A stretch of DNA of 32,000 bases from Candidatus Fokinia solitaria (GTDB lineage: Bacteria > Pseudomonadota > Alphaproteobacteria > Rickettsiales > Midichloriaceae): assembly GCF_003072485.1 (NCBI RefSeq), contig NZ_CP025989.1, forward strand, positions 390,001 through 422,000, written 5' to 3'. Position numbers and translations under genes: made by a program. How positions within the stretch are numbered: position 1 is the stretch's first letter; every line of letters starts with the position of its first letter. The notes under the pieces are model-generated. The model worked only from the letters and a program-made list of their open reading frames with translations. It was not told where the DNA came from and did no database searches. Positions 1 to 7,400 of this stretch are shown here, piece after piece.

Positions 1-161
1 GCTAACTCCTTCCGAGATATATCTCCGCTTTTATGAAGAAGAAGTTCTAATACCTCAGATGAGATAGGTAGAATTGTTTTACAGCATCTGTGAACAATTC
101 CATGTACCGTCTCATATTCAGATGCGTTCTTCTTGTATTTAGTATTATCTTTATCTATCAT
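1..161 (-). CDS. Partial CDS (first 53 codons; continues past the left edge), paralogue of the 172-aa protein at 2453..2971
   Basis: Minus-strand translation from ATG 161..159 is open to the window edge: MIDKDNTKYKKNASEYETVHGIVHRCCKTILPISSEVLELLLHKSGDISRKEL... It aligns with the N-terminus of the 2453..2971 product (MLNKNNTK...REVIHEYCEIILPLAPDILKFFLHKNGNVPRMEL). Too short in-window to appear in the ORF track. Confidence 0.55.
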   Translation of the reverse strand, partial: MIDKDNTKYKKNASEYETVHGIVHRCCKTILPISSEVLELLLHKSGDISRKEL

Positions 162-235
162 TATAAATATCAATCTAATATGTTGTTATATAGTATATGC
201 AAGGAAAAAATAATAGTCAATTGATGGAAGTATTG
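130..235. repeat. Copy A of a ~100-bp duplicated segment (5' end of small minus-strand gene + 35-bp divergent spacer + first codons of the large plus-strand gene)
   Basis: By-eye alignment with 2940..3035: ttagtattat(c/t)tttat...cattat...tatatagtatatgc(ttc)aaggaaa..taat(a/g)(g/a)tcaa. Boundaries approximate. Confidence 0.7.
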
Positions 236-2227
236 CTCAAGGATGAAGCTGCTTTTCGGCAGTTAGCTGAGCAGAATGATGACAATCTTGCAGGAATAGC
301 AGGAAAATTCGTATACCAGCTAGATTATGAAGCGTATCATTCTTTGTTCTATCGTAGCCTTGTGCACTTTATATCGCATAATGAGACACTTAAGCACTAT
401 CGAGATATGGTATTGGAGGCGCAGAAGTATGGACTACCAATCGAGACAGTAGAGAGATTAAAAGCATCACATGAGGAAAAAAAAGGAGAATTCATAAAGC
501 GATATAATGATCAATTAAACTACATCAGAGAAAAAGAAGTAAGTAATGTATTAAAGGAGAATAGAACACTTCTCGAAATAGCGCTAAAAGAAAATAATGA
601 AGATAAAGATTTTTTAAAAGCGCTATTTACAGCATTATCAGCTAATAACCGCCCTCATGTTATTACTCTTGCTCCTCTCAGAATGAATATTCGTGGAGGT
701 TTTTATAACTTACGAAATGATTCGATTACTCTATTTCAGGATGATTCGCGATATAGATCTCATTATACAGTGTCTACCCTTGTGCATGAACTTATGCATA
801 GATTCGCTTACTGTTACAATGGGGCAGAATTGGTAATAAAGAGAGAGAAAATGGTTGAAGACTTTTTAAACCAATTTCCACCTTCGCTTCATTTTGTGAT
901 ACTTAAGAAAATGGCGGATGACTTTGCAATATTGACTGATAAGATGATATCTCAACATTATGTTGATAAAGTAGAAGAACAGGATAACTTGAAAGATAGA
1001 AAAGAGCATTTTATTGGGCACATTATGGGCGAGGTAGCGACGAGAGTATATGACTTAGTTCGAGACAGAGCTCAAGGTATAGATCAGACTGGGTTTCCTG
1101 TTACAGTAGAGGTAAGAAAGTTCTTTCAAGAGGTAGTGAAGAGCGAAATATCAGCATTTGAGAAGTATGGTATAACAAAAGATTGGCAGGATCAAATGAA
1201 GAGTTTTGCGGCTCGAGGAGCGGCGATGGATGCCTCTATTACTGCTATAATAACTTCTAGTCAATATTGTACAATAAATGAGGCTGCTTTGATGCAAATG
1301 TTAGTGGATATCGATCAATACGGCAGCCAGATACACAAAAAAGATCCGAAATTCACAATTATGCTCGAGTTAGAGCACAATGCTGTAAAAGGGATACTCT
1401 CTATAAAAAAGAAAGAATTTCAGGAAAATATTAACAATTATGAGCAACTGATAAATTTGTCGCAAGGAATAAGAAAGCTTGAAAAAGCAGTATCTAAAAT
1501 GATTTGTGCAAAAGAAGTAGGGAATTTTCGGAACTTAAAGGAGAAAATCGACAAAAGTATAATGACTGCTTTCGAAAAATTTTCTGATGAAAAAAATGAT
1601 TTTGTAGCTCTGATAGATCTTTTAGGAGGAATAAAGAGCTTTGCAACGATCTCTCAAGATGATAGTCTGAAGAAAACACTCAACTCTTATGAGAGAAAAG
1701 TAACGACAAAGCTTCAAGGTAATAGTAACATTCCACAATTTCTTGGCGCAGATATAAAAGCGTATATTGAAAAAATAACACAGTCTTTGGAAAAAATGAA
1801 TGCTAAGGAAGATTTGGAAAAAGCGGCAAAAGATCTGGAAGACAGGTACGTAAAGTGTTCGCACAGACTTGCTACACTTCTTTCGTGCAACAGCGAAATG
1901 TTTACTGACATAATAATGGAAGTGCAAGATAAAAGTCGTAATGCGTGCTATAATCTATTAGGCGAGATAGAGCGTAAAAAGAATACGTTTGTAGTACAGC
2001 AACAGCAATTCAATGAAGAGCAGCAACAGTCACCTCGGTCGCAACAACAGCAGACGCAGCAACAGCAGCAGATAGAGAGCGTACCAGAGGAAGTGCTATA
2101 CCGAGTAGCAAATAGCTTCAGCACAATCCAACAAGCAGCAACAGAAGGAGCAATCACAACAGCCGCAGGGAGTCAGAAAGTAGTGCAAAATGACAGCAAC
2201 AAGAGTCCAGGAGGAAGGCGCCAATAG
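197..2227 (+). CDS. Hypothetical 676-aa protein with HExxH zincin-like motif, K/E-rich helical body, poly-Q tract and basic C-terminus (candidate secreted metalloprotease-like effector)
   Basis: Long uninterrupted ORF from ATG. STLVHELMHRF at aa 193-203 (HELMH = nt 785..799). Q-tract at aa 601-625. Ends in GGRRQ. No family recognised beyond the motif. Confidence 0.8.
   Translation: MQGKNNSQLMEVLLKDEAAFRQLAEQNDDNLAGIAGKFVYQLDYEAYHSLFYRSLVHFISHNETLKHYRDMVLEAQKYGLPIETVERLKASHEEKKGEFIKRYNDQLNYIREKEVSNVLKENRTLLEIALKENNEDKDFLKALFTALSANNRPHVITLAPLRMNIRGGFYNLRNDSITLFQDDSRYRSHYTVSTLVHELMHRFAYCYNGAELVIKREKMVEDFLNQFPPSLHFVILKKMADDFAILTDKMISQHYVDKVEEQDNLKDRKEHFIGHIMGEVATRVYDLVRDRAQGIDQTGFPVTVEVRKFFQEVVKSEISAFEKYGITKDWQDQMKSFAARGAAMDASITAIITSSQYCTINEAALMQMLVDIDQYGSQIHKKDPKFTIMLELEHNAVKGILSIKKKEFQENINNYEQLINLSQGIRKLEKAVSKMICAKEVGNFRNLKEKIDKSIMTAFEKFSDEKNDFVALIDLLGGIKSFATISQDDSLKKTLNSYERKVTTKLQGNSNIPQFLGADIKAYIEKITQSLEKMNAKEDLEKAAKDLEDRYVKCSHRLATLLSCNSEMFTDIIMEVQDKSRNACYNLLGEIERKKNTFVVQQQQFNEEQQQSPRSQQQQTQQQQQIESVPEEVLYRVANSFSTIQQAATEGAITTAAGSQKVVQNDSNKSPGGRRQ
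1997..2071 (+). repeat. Imperfect CAG/CAA trinucleotide tract encoding QQQQFNEEQQQSPRSQQQQTQQQQQ
   Basis: Read directly: cagcaacagcaa...cagcaacag...caacaacagcag..cagcaacagcagcag, in frame in the 197..2227 ORF. Confidence 0.85.
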
Positions 2228-2388
2228 ATCGTTTTGAACATGATGATCTTTTCACTTTCGTATTTACGATGATTGAAAATATCAACATCCCTACCCGTTT
2301 TTGTATCGCACTTATGAGATTCGAAGATGAAAGAAAAAAGAAAGGAAGAAGGAGCGAAATGAGATTTTCGCATACCTCTGTTACAAAT

Positions 2389-2410
2389 GGAGAGAGTTGA
2401 TACTCTCTCC
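2389..2410. terminator. Perfect 8-bp inverted repeat (GGAGAGAG-ttgata-CTCTCTCC) between convergent genes; possible bidirectional terminator
   Basis: Located between the stop of 197..2227 (+) and the stop of 2453..2971 (-). There is no clear T-run on the plus side and only a weak one (atttgt) on the minus side. Confidence 0.3.
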
Positions 2411-2452
2411 AAGAGCATCACAATACTTTGTACGTGATACTACGATGAAAGC

Positions 2453-2971
2453 TTAGTCAATACTATCAGAATCGGAGTAATGCATCGCACTGTTATCATG
2501 AATTTCGCTATGTGGAGCCGCGCACTGACTTTGTTCAGGACTTGGTGCAGCAACTTGCTGTTGTTGTAGATGATTCGATGTAACATGATGTGGAGTTGCT
2601 TGATTCTGCAGCATCATCTGCGCTTCCTCCATGAAAATTGGCACCGCTATAGAACGTATTGCATCATGCACATGTCGATTGAATAGCATATAATCAGGCA
2701 GATATGGTGCTTCACCAACAAGAGTATGTCGTAACTTCTCAACAACTCTATCTAAGTCGCGAGAAGAAGTGAGGGTAGGAAATTTTTTTATTAACTCCAT
2801 TCGAGGTACATTTCCATTCTTGTGGAGGAAGAATTTTAATATATCAGGAGCAAGAGGTAAAATTATCTCGCAATATTCGTGAATAACTTCTCGCGTTATA
2901 TCGCTATTGAAGAAATCTTCATTGCTTTTGAATTTATCTTCATTGCTTTTAGTATTATTTTTATTTAACAT
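2453..2971 (-). CDS. Hypothetical 172-aa protein: winged-helix-like N-terminal half, Q-run plus acidic/Ser C-terminal tail
   Basis: ATG-initiated ORF. It has a paralogue at 1..161. Segment ILKFFLHKNGNVPRMELIKKF...RDLDRVVEKL resembles a wHTH by pattern only. Tail is HLQQQQVAAPSPEQSQ...YSDSDSID. Confidence 0.75.
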   Translation of the reverse strand: MLNKNNTKSNEDKFKSNEDFFNSDITREVIHEYCEIILPLAPDILKFFLHKNGNVPRMELIKKFPTLTSSRDLDRVVEKLRHTLVGEAPYLPDYMLFNRHVHDAIRSIAVPIFMEEAQMMLQNQATPHHVTSNHLQQQQVAAPSPEQSQCAAPHSEIHDNSAMHYSDSDSID

Positions 2972-3035
2972 TATTAGTATAAATTAATGTATATTTATAT
3001 AGTATATGCTTCAAGGAAATAATGATCAATGAGTG
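2940..3035. repeat. Copy B of the duplicated divergent-spacer segment
   Basis: See copy A. The spacer between ATG(2971, minus) and ATG(3006, plus) is 34 bp, versus 35 bp in copy A. Confidence 0.7.
3006..3032 (+). pseudogene. 8-codon remnant homologous to the start of the 676-aa gene (MLQGNNDQ-stop versus MQGKNNSQLM...)
   Basis: atgcttcaaggaaataatgatcaatga aligns with atgcaaggaaaaaataatagtcaattgatg at 197. No further similarity seen before greA. Confidence 0.5.
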
Positions 3036-3287
3036 TCAAGAAAAAGAGAAAAAGGTATTAGTGCAATACATATAATCCGCTGTTTTGATAACGAATTACT
3101 AGATACATGGCAAGAAGTGAGATTTACCGCTGATAATTGTAGAATCAATGATTTAAAGCATTTATGCAGCGAAAACTCTTTCTAATGCGCAAAGCAATAG
3201 TCTTAATAATATGATAAAATGTTGATTATATAACCTTTAAGTTATAACATCATAAGCTACGTGTGTTTATAGATTCATGCTTTGTAT

Positions 3288-3755
3288 ATGCAAAGGTTCT
3301 TGATTACGCAAAAAGGTTATAATGCTTTAAAAGAAGAGCTTCATCGTCTTAAGACAATAGATAGAGTATCTATAGTTGCGGCAATTTCAGAAGCAAGATC
3401 TCATGGCGATCTTTCTGAAAATGCGGAATATCACGCCGCTATTGAAAAGCAGAGTATGATAGAAAGTAAGATAGCTGATCTAGAAAGTAAGTTTAGTCGC
3501 GCTGAAGTTATAATACCTAACACTGAGACTGACGTTATCAGATTTGGTGCTACAGTGGAGCTTGAAAGCGAAGATACACCTAAGGTAAAGATGAGATATA
3601 CTATTGCTGGAAATTATGAAGCGGATCCGGAAAAAGGAGTAATATCCGCCTACTCACCTGTAGGTAGATCCATGATAGGTAGAGTAGTTGGAGATGATAT
3701 TATGATAAATGAGCGCGTATATATTGTGACTAGTGTATTATATATTACGGATTAA
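3288..3755 (+). CDS. greA: Transcription elongation factor GreA
   Basis: Size (~155 aa) and motifs: ITQKGYNALKEELHRLK, AISEARSHGDLSENAEYHAA, C-terminal SPVGRSMIGRVVGDD. The track start at 3282 is TTG. ATG at 3288 gives the usual N-terminus. Confidence 0.9.
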   Translation: MQRFLITQKGYNALKEELHRLKTIDRVSIVAAISEARSHGDLSENAEYHAAIEKQSMIESKIADLESKFSRAEVIIPNTETDVIRFGATVELESEDTPKVKMRYTIAGNYEADPEKGVISAYSPVGRSMIGRVVGDDIMINERVYIVTSVLYITD

Positions 3756-6161
3756 TTGCGTTGACTTAGTATCTGATTTTTTCAGTATAATTCTGCTAGG
3801 TTGTGCCGCTATCTGCTGCTGTCTCACGCGGAATTTATACATGCTTCTTATCTTGTTATAAGTAAGAGTAGCGATTGCGGCGGTAGCAACACCAGCAGCA
3901 GCTATTTTAGTAAATGTAGCGACAGCAACTAGTACAGCAGAAGCAGCAGCAGCTTTTACGGCAATTTTTCGTGATGCGCGATCGAAGATCTTTTCAGGAT
4001 TTTCTTCTCCTTCCAACAATTTATCGTACATTTTAGTCTTTGCAGATTTCTCTGCTACTTCTTTGCTAACTGCTGTGATAGCAAGTAAGCTTCCTGTGAG
4101 TTCGGTATTACCTCCTAATGCCTTTTGCGCAAGGGATGATACTGCGCAGTACAATGCGAGTTTTGCTGTATAATGTCCGATATTGTTGGCTACTTCATTA
4201 GCTACAGCGGCAACAATAATTGCTTTTTCTTTGTCTCCTATTTCTTTAGAATTGTATCTCGCTTGGTATGCTTTTACCGCAAGTCCTGCAAGTATAGCTG
4301 TAGCTTTTCCTAATGTACCGATGCCAATTTTATTAGATGTTTCATGAATTACCCCTACTGTTGCGGCAGCATCTAATGTTTGAGAAGTTTTTTTAGCATA
4401 ATCATATAATTTCACTAACTTCTTCCTTTTGTCTAAATCCTTATATTCTGAAATAATGCCTTTGTCCTTGATTGCACTCTTGAGTCTTTTGTGCAATTTA
4501 AGCGCGAGAGTATCTTGCTTTTTGAGCGATACAGTAGCCTTTTTATCGATAGTAGGAGCTAGAATCCCCATTCCCATATCGGTACTACCGATCTCTATCT
4601 TACTATCTATTCTGTTACTTTTATCTATGTTTACAAGTTGCATATTAGAATCTTGTGCTTGAAAAGCGCCAAAGGTACATTTTTGAAATTTTCCACACTG
4701 CATCTTAGTATCTTTGATCTGAATACTATCGGCCTTTACAGATATAAATGAAGAACTTGGTACAAGCGAGTCTAAGAATGTTATGTTTTTTGCCTTCACC
4801 TTATTGAATTTCATAGGAAGTGCAGAGTTCTTGAACTCAATTTTATTACCAATACAATTTGTAAACCGTAACCGTCCGCCCTCTTCCGGTAATTGACTGA
4901 AAAGCTCTTCTGTAAGCGAATCAACCTTTTCTTTTAGAAATGGCTTTTCTTGTGCATCCAAGAAAACATCATCACTTTGTACACTGAGAAATATGTCGCC
5001 ATCCTTATTTATTGTCGCGTCTTCAATAGATGCGCTATGCTCAATTTTCCTTGTGATATCGTCTTTTATGCATTTCTTTGCTTCATGATCAATTGTATTT
5101 CTACAATCGATAAACTTTACAGCGCCGAATTTCTTCGTCACTTCAATATCATTTAAGAATATACAGTTTTCAAATACTGTTTCTTTATTATTTTCTGCAT
5201 CAGCGCCAAGTATATGCGTATTTAGAAATATGCAATTCTTATAAGTTTTTCCCTGTTCTATTTCATCTTGAATTGAATATTGCGTTTTAGGCGCGATATC
5301 TTCTTGTTTCTCTTCTACGTATTGTAATTGCGCTTTCCTTATATCATTTTCAGCAAGCACAAGTTCAGTCTTTGCCGTATTATATGCTTGCATCACGTCT
5401 AATAATCGTTCTGATACTTTATTTGATGTATTAATGCTTTTTATAGTGCTTTGCGCATCAAACAATATTTTCATTTCTTCAGCAGACATATCTTTTTCTA
5501 CGATCTTTTGAAAATGATGAGGATCAGTATTATTCTGTGAATTTGTTATACTCCATAATTCTTCTAGGCATTCTGCGACATTTTTCCTTTTTTCTTCTAC
5601 AGCTTTATGATGTCTTTTTCGTAGATCTTCATCAAAAATCCATTCTGGTGAAGCTTTTTGTTTGGCATCGAATGTTGTAGCAGAGAATAATTCTTCTTTT
5701 GAAATTTTAACCCTTGCTTCTCCTACAATTAGATTTTTCACCCCTTCTCTGAAATTTTTGAACGCTCCTCTAAATCCTTGATTTTGCGCTACTACATTAT
5801 TTTGATTATTTAATTCAGGCAAGGAGGGGAAAGATGCTTTTTCATGAATATTAAAGAGATGATGTTTATCGCTAGATGGTGAATCTATAATTGCGCCGGA
5901 AAAATCAGAATCTGGAAAAGCACAATTGGTAAAGTGAGAATTTCGAAAGCGAGTGCCATCGAATTGACAATTTCTAAATACAGAAGTCGCGCAATGTAGA
6001 TTTTTTATTACACAACCAGAGAAATCTATGTCGCTCAATATTTCCTCTTTTATCTGTCTTCCACCATTAAATTTTTGAAAATCTATCTCTTTCTTACCAC
6101 TTTGAAGCGCCTCTTCTATGAAGAGATGTAACTCGCTTTTTTTGATGTTATTCTTTTGCAT
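3738..6161 (-). CDS. Hypothetical 807-aa protein: N-terminal pentapeptide-repeat block, further degenerate beta-helix-like repeats, Ala-rich hydrophobic/amphipathic C-terminal ~200 aa
   Basis: aa 45-94 read as ten consecutive pentads with F/I/C at the central position (IDFSG CVIKN LHCAT SVFRN CQFDG TRFRN SHFTN CAFPD SDFSG AIIDS; nt 5880..6029). C-terminus contains AILAGLAVKAY, AIIVAAVANEVANNIG, AAAASAVLVAVATFTKIAAAGVATAAIATL. Confidence 0.8.
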   Translation of the reverse strand: MQKNNIKKSELHLFIEEALQSGKKEIDFQKFNGGRQIKEEILSDIDFSGCVIKNLHCATSVFRNCQFDGTRFRNSHFTNCAFPDSDFSGAIIDSPSSDKHHLFNIHEKASFPSLPELNNQNNVVAQNQGFRGAFKNFREGVKNLIVGEARVKISKEELFSATTFDAKQKASPEWIFDEDLRKRHHKAVEEKRKNVAECLEELWSITNSQNNTDPHHFQKIVEKDMSAEEMKILFDAQSTIKSINTSNKVSERLLDVMQAYNTAKTELVLAENDIRKAQLQYVEEKQEDIAPKTQYSIQDEIEQGKTYKNCIFLNTHILGADAENNKETVFENCIFLNDIEVTKKFGAVKFIDCRNTIDHEAKKCIKDDITRKIEHSASIEDATINKDGDIFLSVQSDDVFLDAQEKPFLKEKVDSLTEELFSQLPEEGGRLRFTNCIGNKIEFKNSALPMKFNKVKAKNITFLDSLVPSSSFISVKADSIQIKDTKMQCGKFQKCTFGAFQAQDSNMQLVNIDKSNRIDSKIEIGSTDMGMGILAPTIDKKATVSLKKQDTLALKLHKRLKSAIKDKGIISEYKDLDKRKKLVKLYDYAKKTSQTLDAAATVGVIHETSNKIGIGTLGKATAILAGLAVKAYQARYNSKEIGDKEKAIIVAAVANEVANNIGHYTAKLALYCAVSSLAQKALGGNTELTGSLLAITAVSKEVAEKSAKTKMYDKLLEGEENPEKIFDRASRKIAVKAAAASAVLVAVATFTKIAAAGVATAAIATLTYNKIRSMYKFRVRQQQIAAQPSRIILKKSDTKSTQLIRNI

Positions 6162-6193
6162 TAGAGAGTGTTAATATTAACTTTAATTATATT

Positions 6194-6248
6194 AATTGTA
6201 TTAAAATGCAATCGAATTGTAAAGTTAGAATTAATTTATACAATTGTA
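6194..6248. promoter_or_regulatory. Three AATTGTA motifs (6194, 6215, 6242; the last inside palindrome TACAATTGTA) in the AT-rich region upstream of the 807-aa gene
   Basis: Read directly. Function unknown, and short AT-rich words recur by chance in AT-rich DNA. Confidence 0.2.
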
Positions 6249-6601
6249 TTATATCGTGAAATATGAACTAATGAAATATCTTAATGAATTTATTTATGTA
6301 TTGTAATTTTTCGATAAAAAGAAGAGATATCAAGGAAATAAGACGAATTTAAGATATCTTTAATGATTTTTTGAAAATAGATGGATTTCATTCTAATCCT
6401 TAAGATGACAGTTATGCATTCTGAGTTCTTGTCTTATGAAATGATATAAGTACGACCTCTTATAGCTTTCCTATGGAGTGATTCGAATAGTGAGTGCGGT
6501 AAGAAATAAGTCAGATGGAAATTGATCTTTCTAAGAGAAATAAAAATACGTGCTTAGTACGATTAACGGAGAGAGAAATGAAGCATACGTAAGAAAGGAG
6601 C

Positions 6602-7078
6602 TTACCGCATGTTTAATCTACTACGAGCAAATTCTTCTGTTTCCGGTGTGTCATCCAATACCCAACCACTTGTGAGTAACCTCGTAATGTGTTGCTTGTT
6701 ATATATGAATGATAGAATGAAATTAGGAGCAAAAAAGCCGCTAATAAAGTATAGTAGAACTATACTAAGCTTCTCTCCTCGAATTAGAGGTACCCAGAAA
6801 GAGAAGTAAAAGTACGTCCAGCACCAGCCTAATTGAGCAGTTTTTCGAATACCGCTATCCTTATGTCTGACAACGACTGGCCTTTGCTTGAAGACGAAGA
6901 CACCGAGTACTAAAGGAAGCAATGAAAACAGAATGAGAGTGCCACTAGATTCATGACGAAGAGGGTAAAGAAGCTCTTTGATGAGAGTATTAGGAAGTAG
7001 CTGATCGAAAAGAAAAAAAGGAATTAATCCTGGTGAATAAAGAAAGAAGCAGAGCAAGCGGCAGAATTCGAAAAACAT
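6602..7078 (-). CDS. Small integral membrane protein (possibly DUF2628-like)
   Basis: 158-aa ATG ORF with several hydrophobic segments. GWCWTYFYFSFWVPLIRGEK...LLYFISGFF resembles the W-x-W/FxGPxW-LYR pattern of DUF2628-type proteins, from memory only. Confidence 0.55.
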   Translation of the reverse strand: MFFEFCRLLCFFLYSPGLIPFFLFDQLLPNTLIKELLYPLRHESSGTLILFSLLPLVLGVFVFKQRPVVVRHKDSGIRKTAQLGWCWTYFYFSFWVPLIRGEKLSIVLLYFISGFFAPNFILSFIYNKQHITRLLTSGWVLDDTPETEEFARSRLNMR

Positions 7079-7400
7079 AGTATACGCAAAAAAATTAAAT
7101 CAAATTAAGCGAGACAACATGTGCAATCATGAAAATAGCTATAGCATAGAAGCTGATTTGCGCACTCTATCTGTTTCGCAGCTATTCTTTGTATTGCCAC
7201 TCTATAAGCAGAATAACCAGAAAAGGAAGAGAAACGGTGCTAAGCTAGGCGCAGCAGCAGCAAGCACGATCAAAAGTAGAATAGACATGTAATGTAAAAC
7301 TTAATGTGACGTGATATACGCAACCATCAAGAAAAATGGCTATGGCATAAGCTTGTCTCCTCCCTACTCTATAAAAACTATCCTCGAAGTTATTTCGTAT

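Noticed and set aside
1494-2157. Minus-strand ORFs 1494..1679, 1622..1927, 1714..1911 and 1948..2157 (the last Cys-rich: CCCCCVCCCC)
   Set aside because: All lie antisense inside the 676-aa ORF. The Cys-run is simply the reverse-complement reading of the CAG/CAA poly-Q tract. No independent support.
2173-2421. 82-aa minus-strand ORF in the gap between the two convergent genes
   Set aside because: GTG start, overlaps the 3' end of the 676-aa gene, spans the 8-bp hairpin, low-complexity composition. More likely 3'-UTR/terminator sequence.
4429-5156. Plus-strand ORFs 4429..4662 and 4950..5156
   Set aside because: Antisense within the 807-aa gene. Leu/Ser/Ile-rich, as expected for the reverse frames of an AT-rich gene.
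5957-5972. Exact 16-mer CATCGAATTGACAATT shared with 8147..8162 (rpsE/proS spacer)
   Set aside because: One copy is inside coding sequence (the pentapeptide block) and the flanks do not align. In 32 kb of AT-rich DNA a single 16-mer coincidence is not far from expectation. Not enough to call a repeat element or operator.
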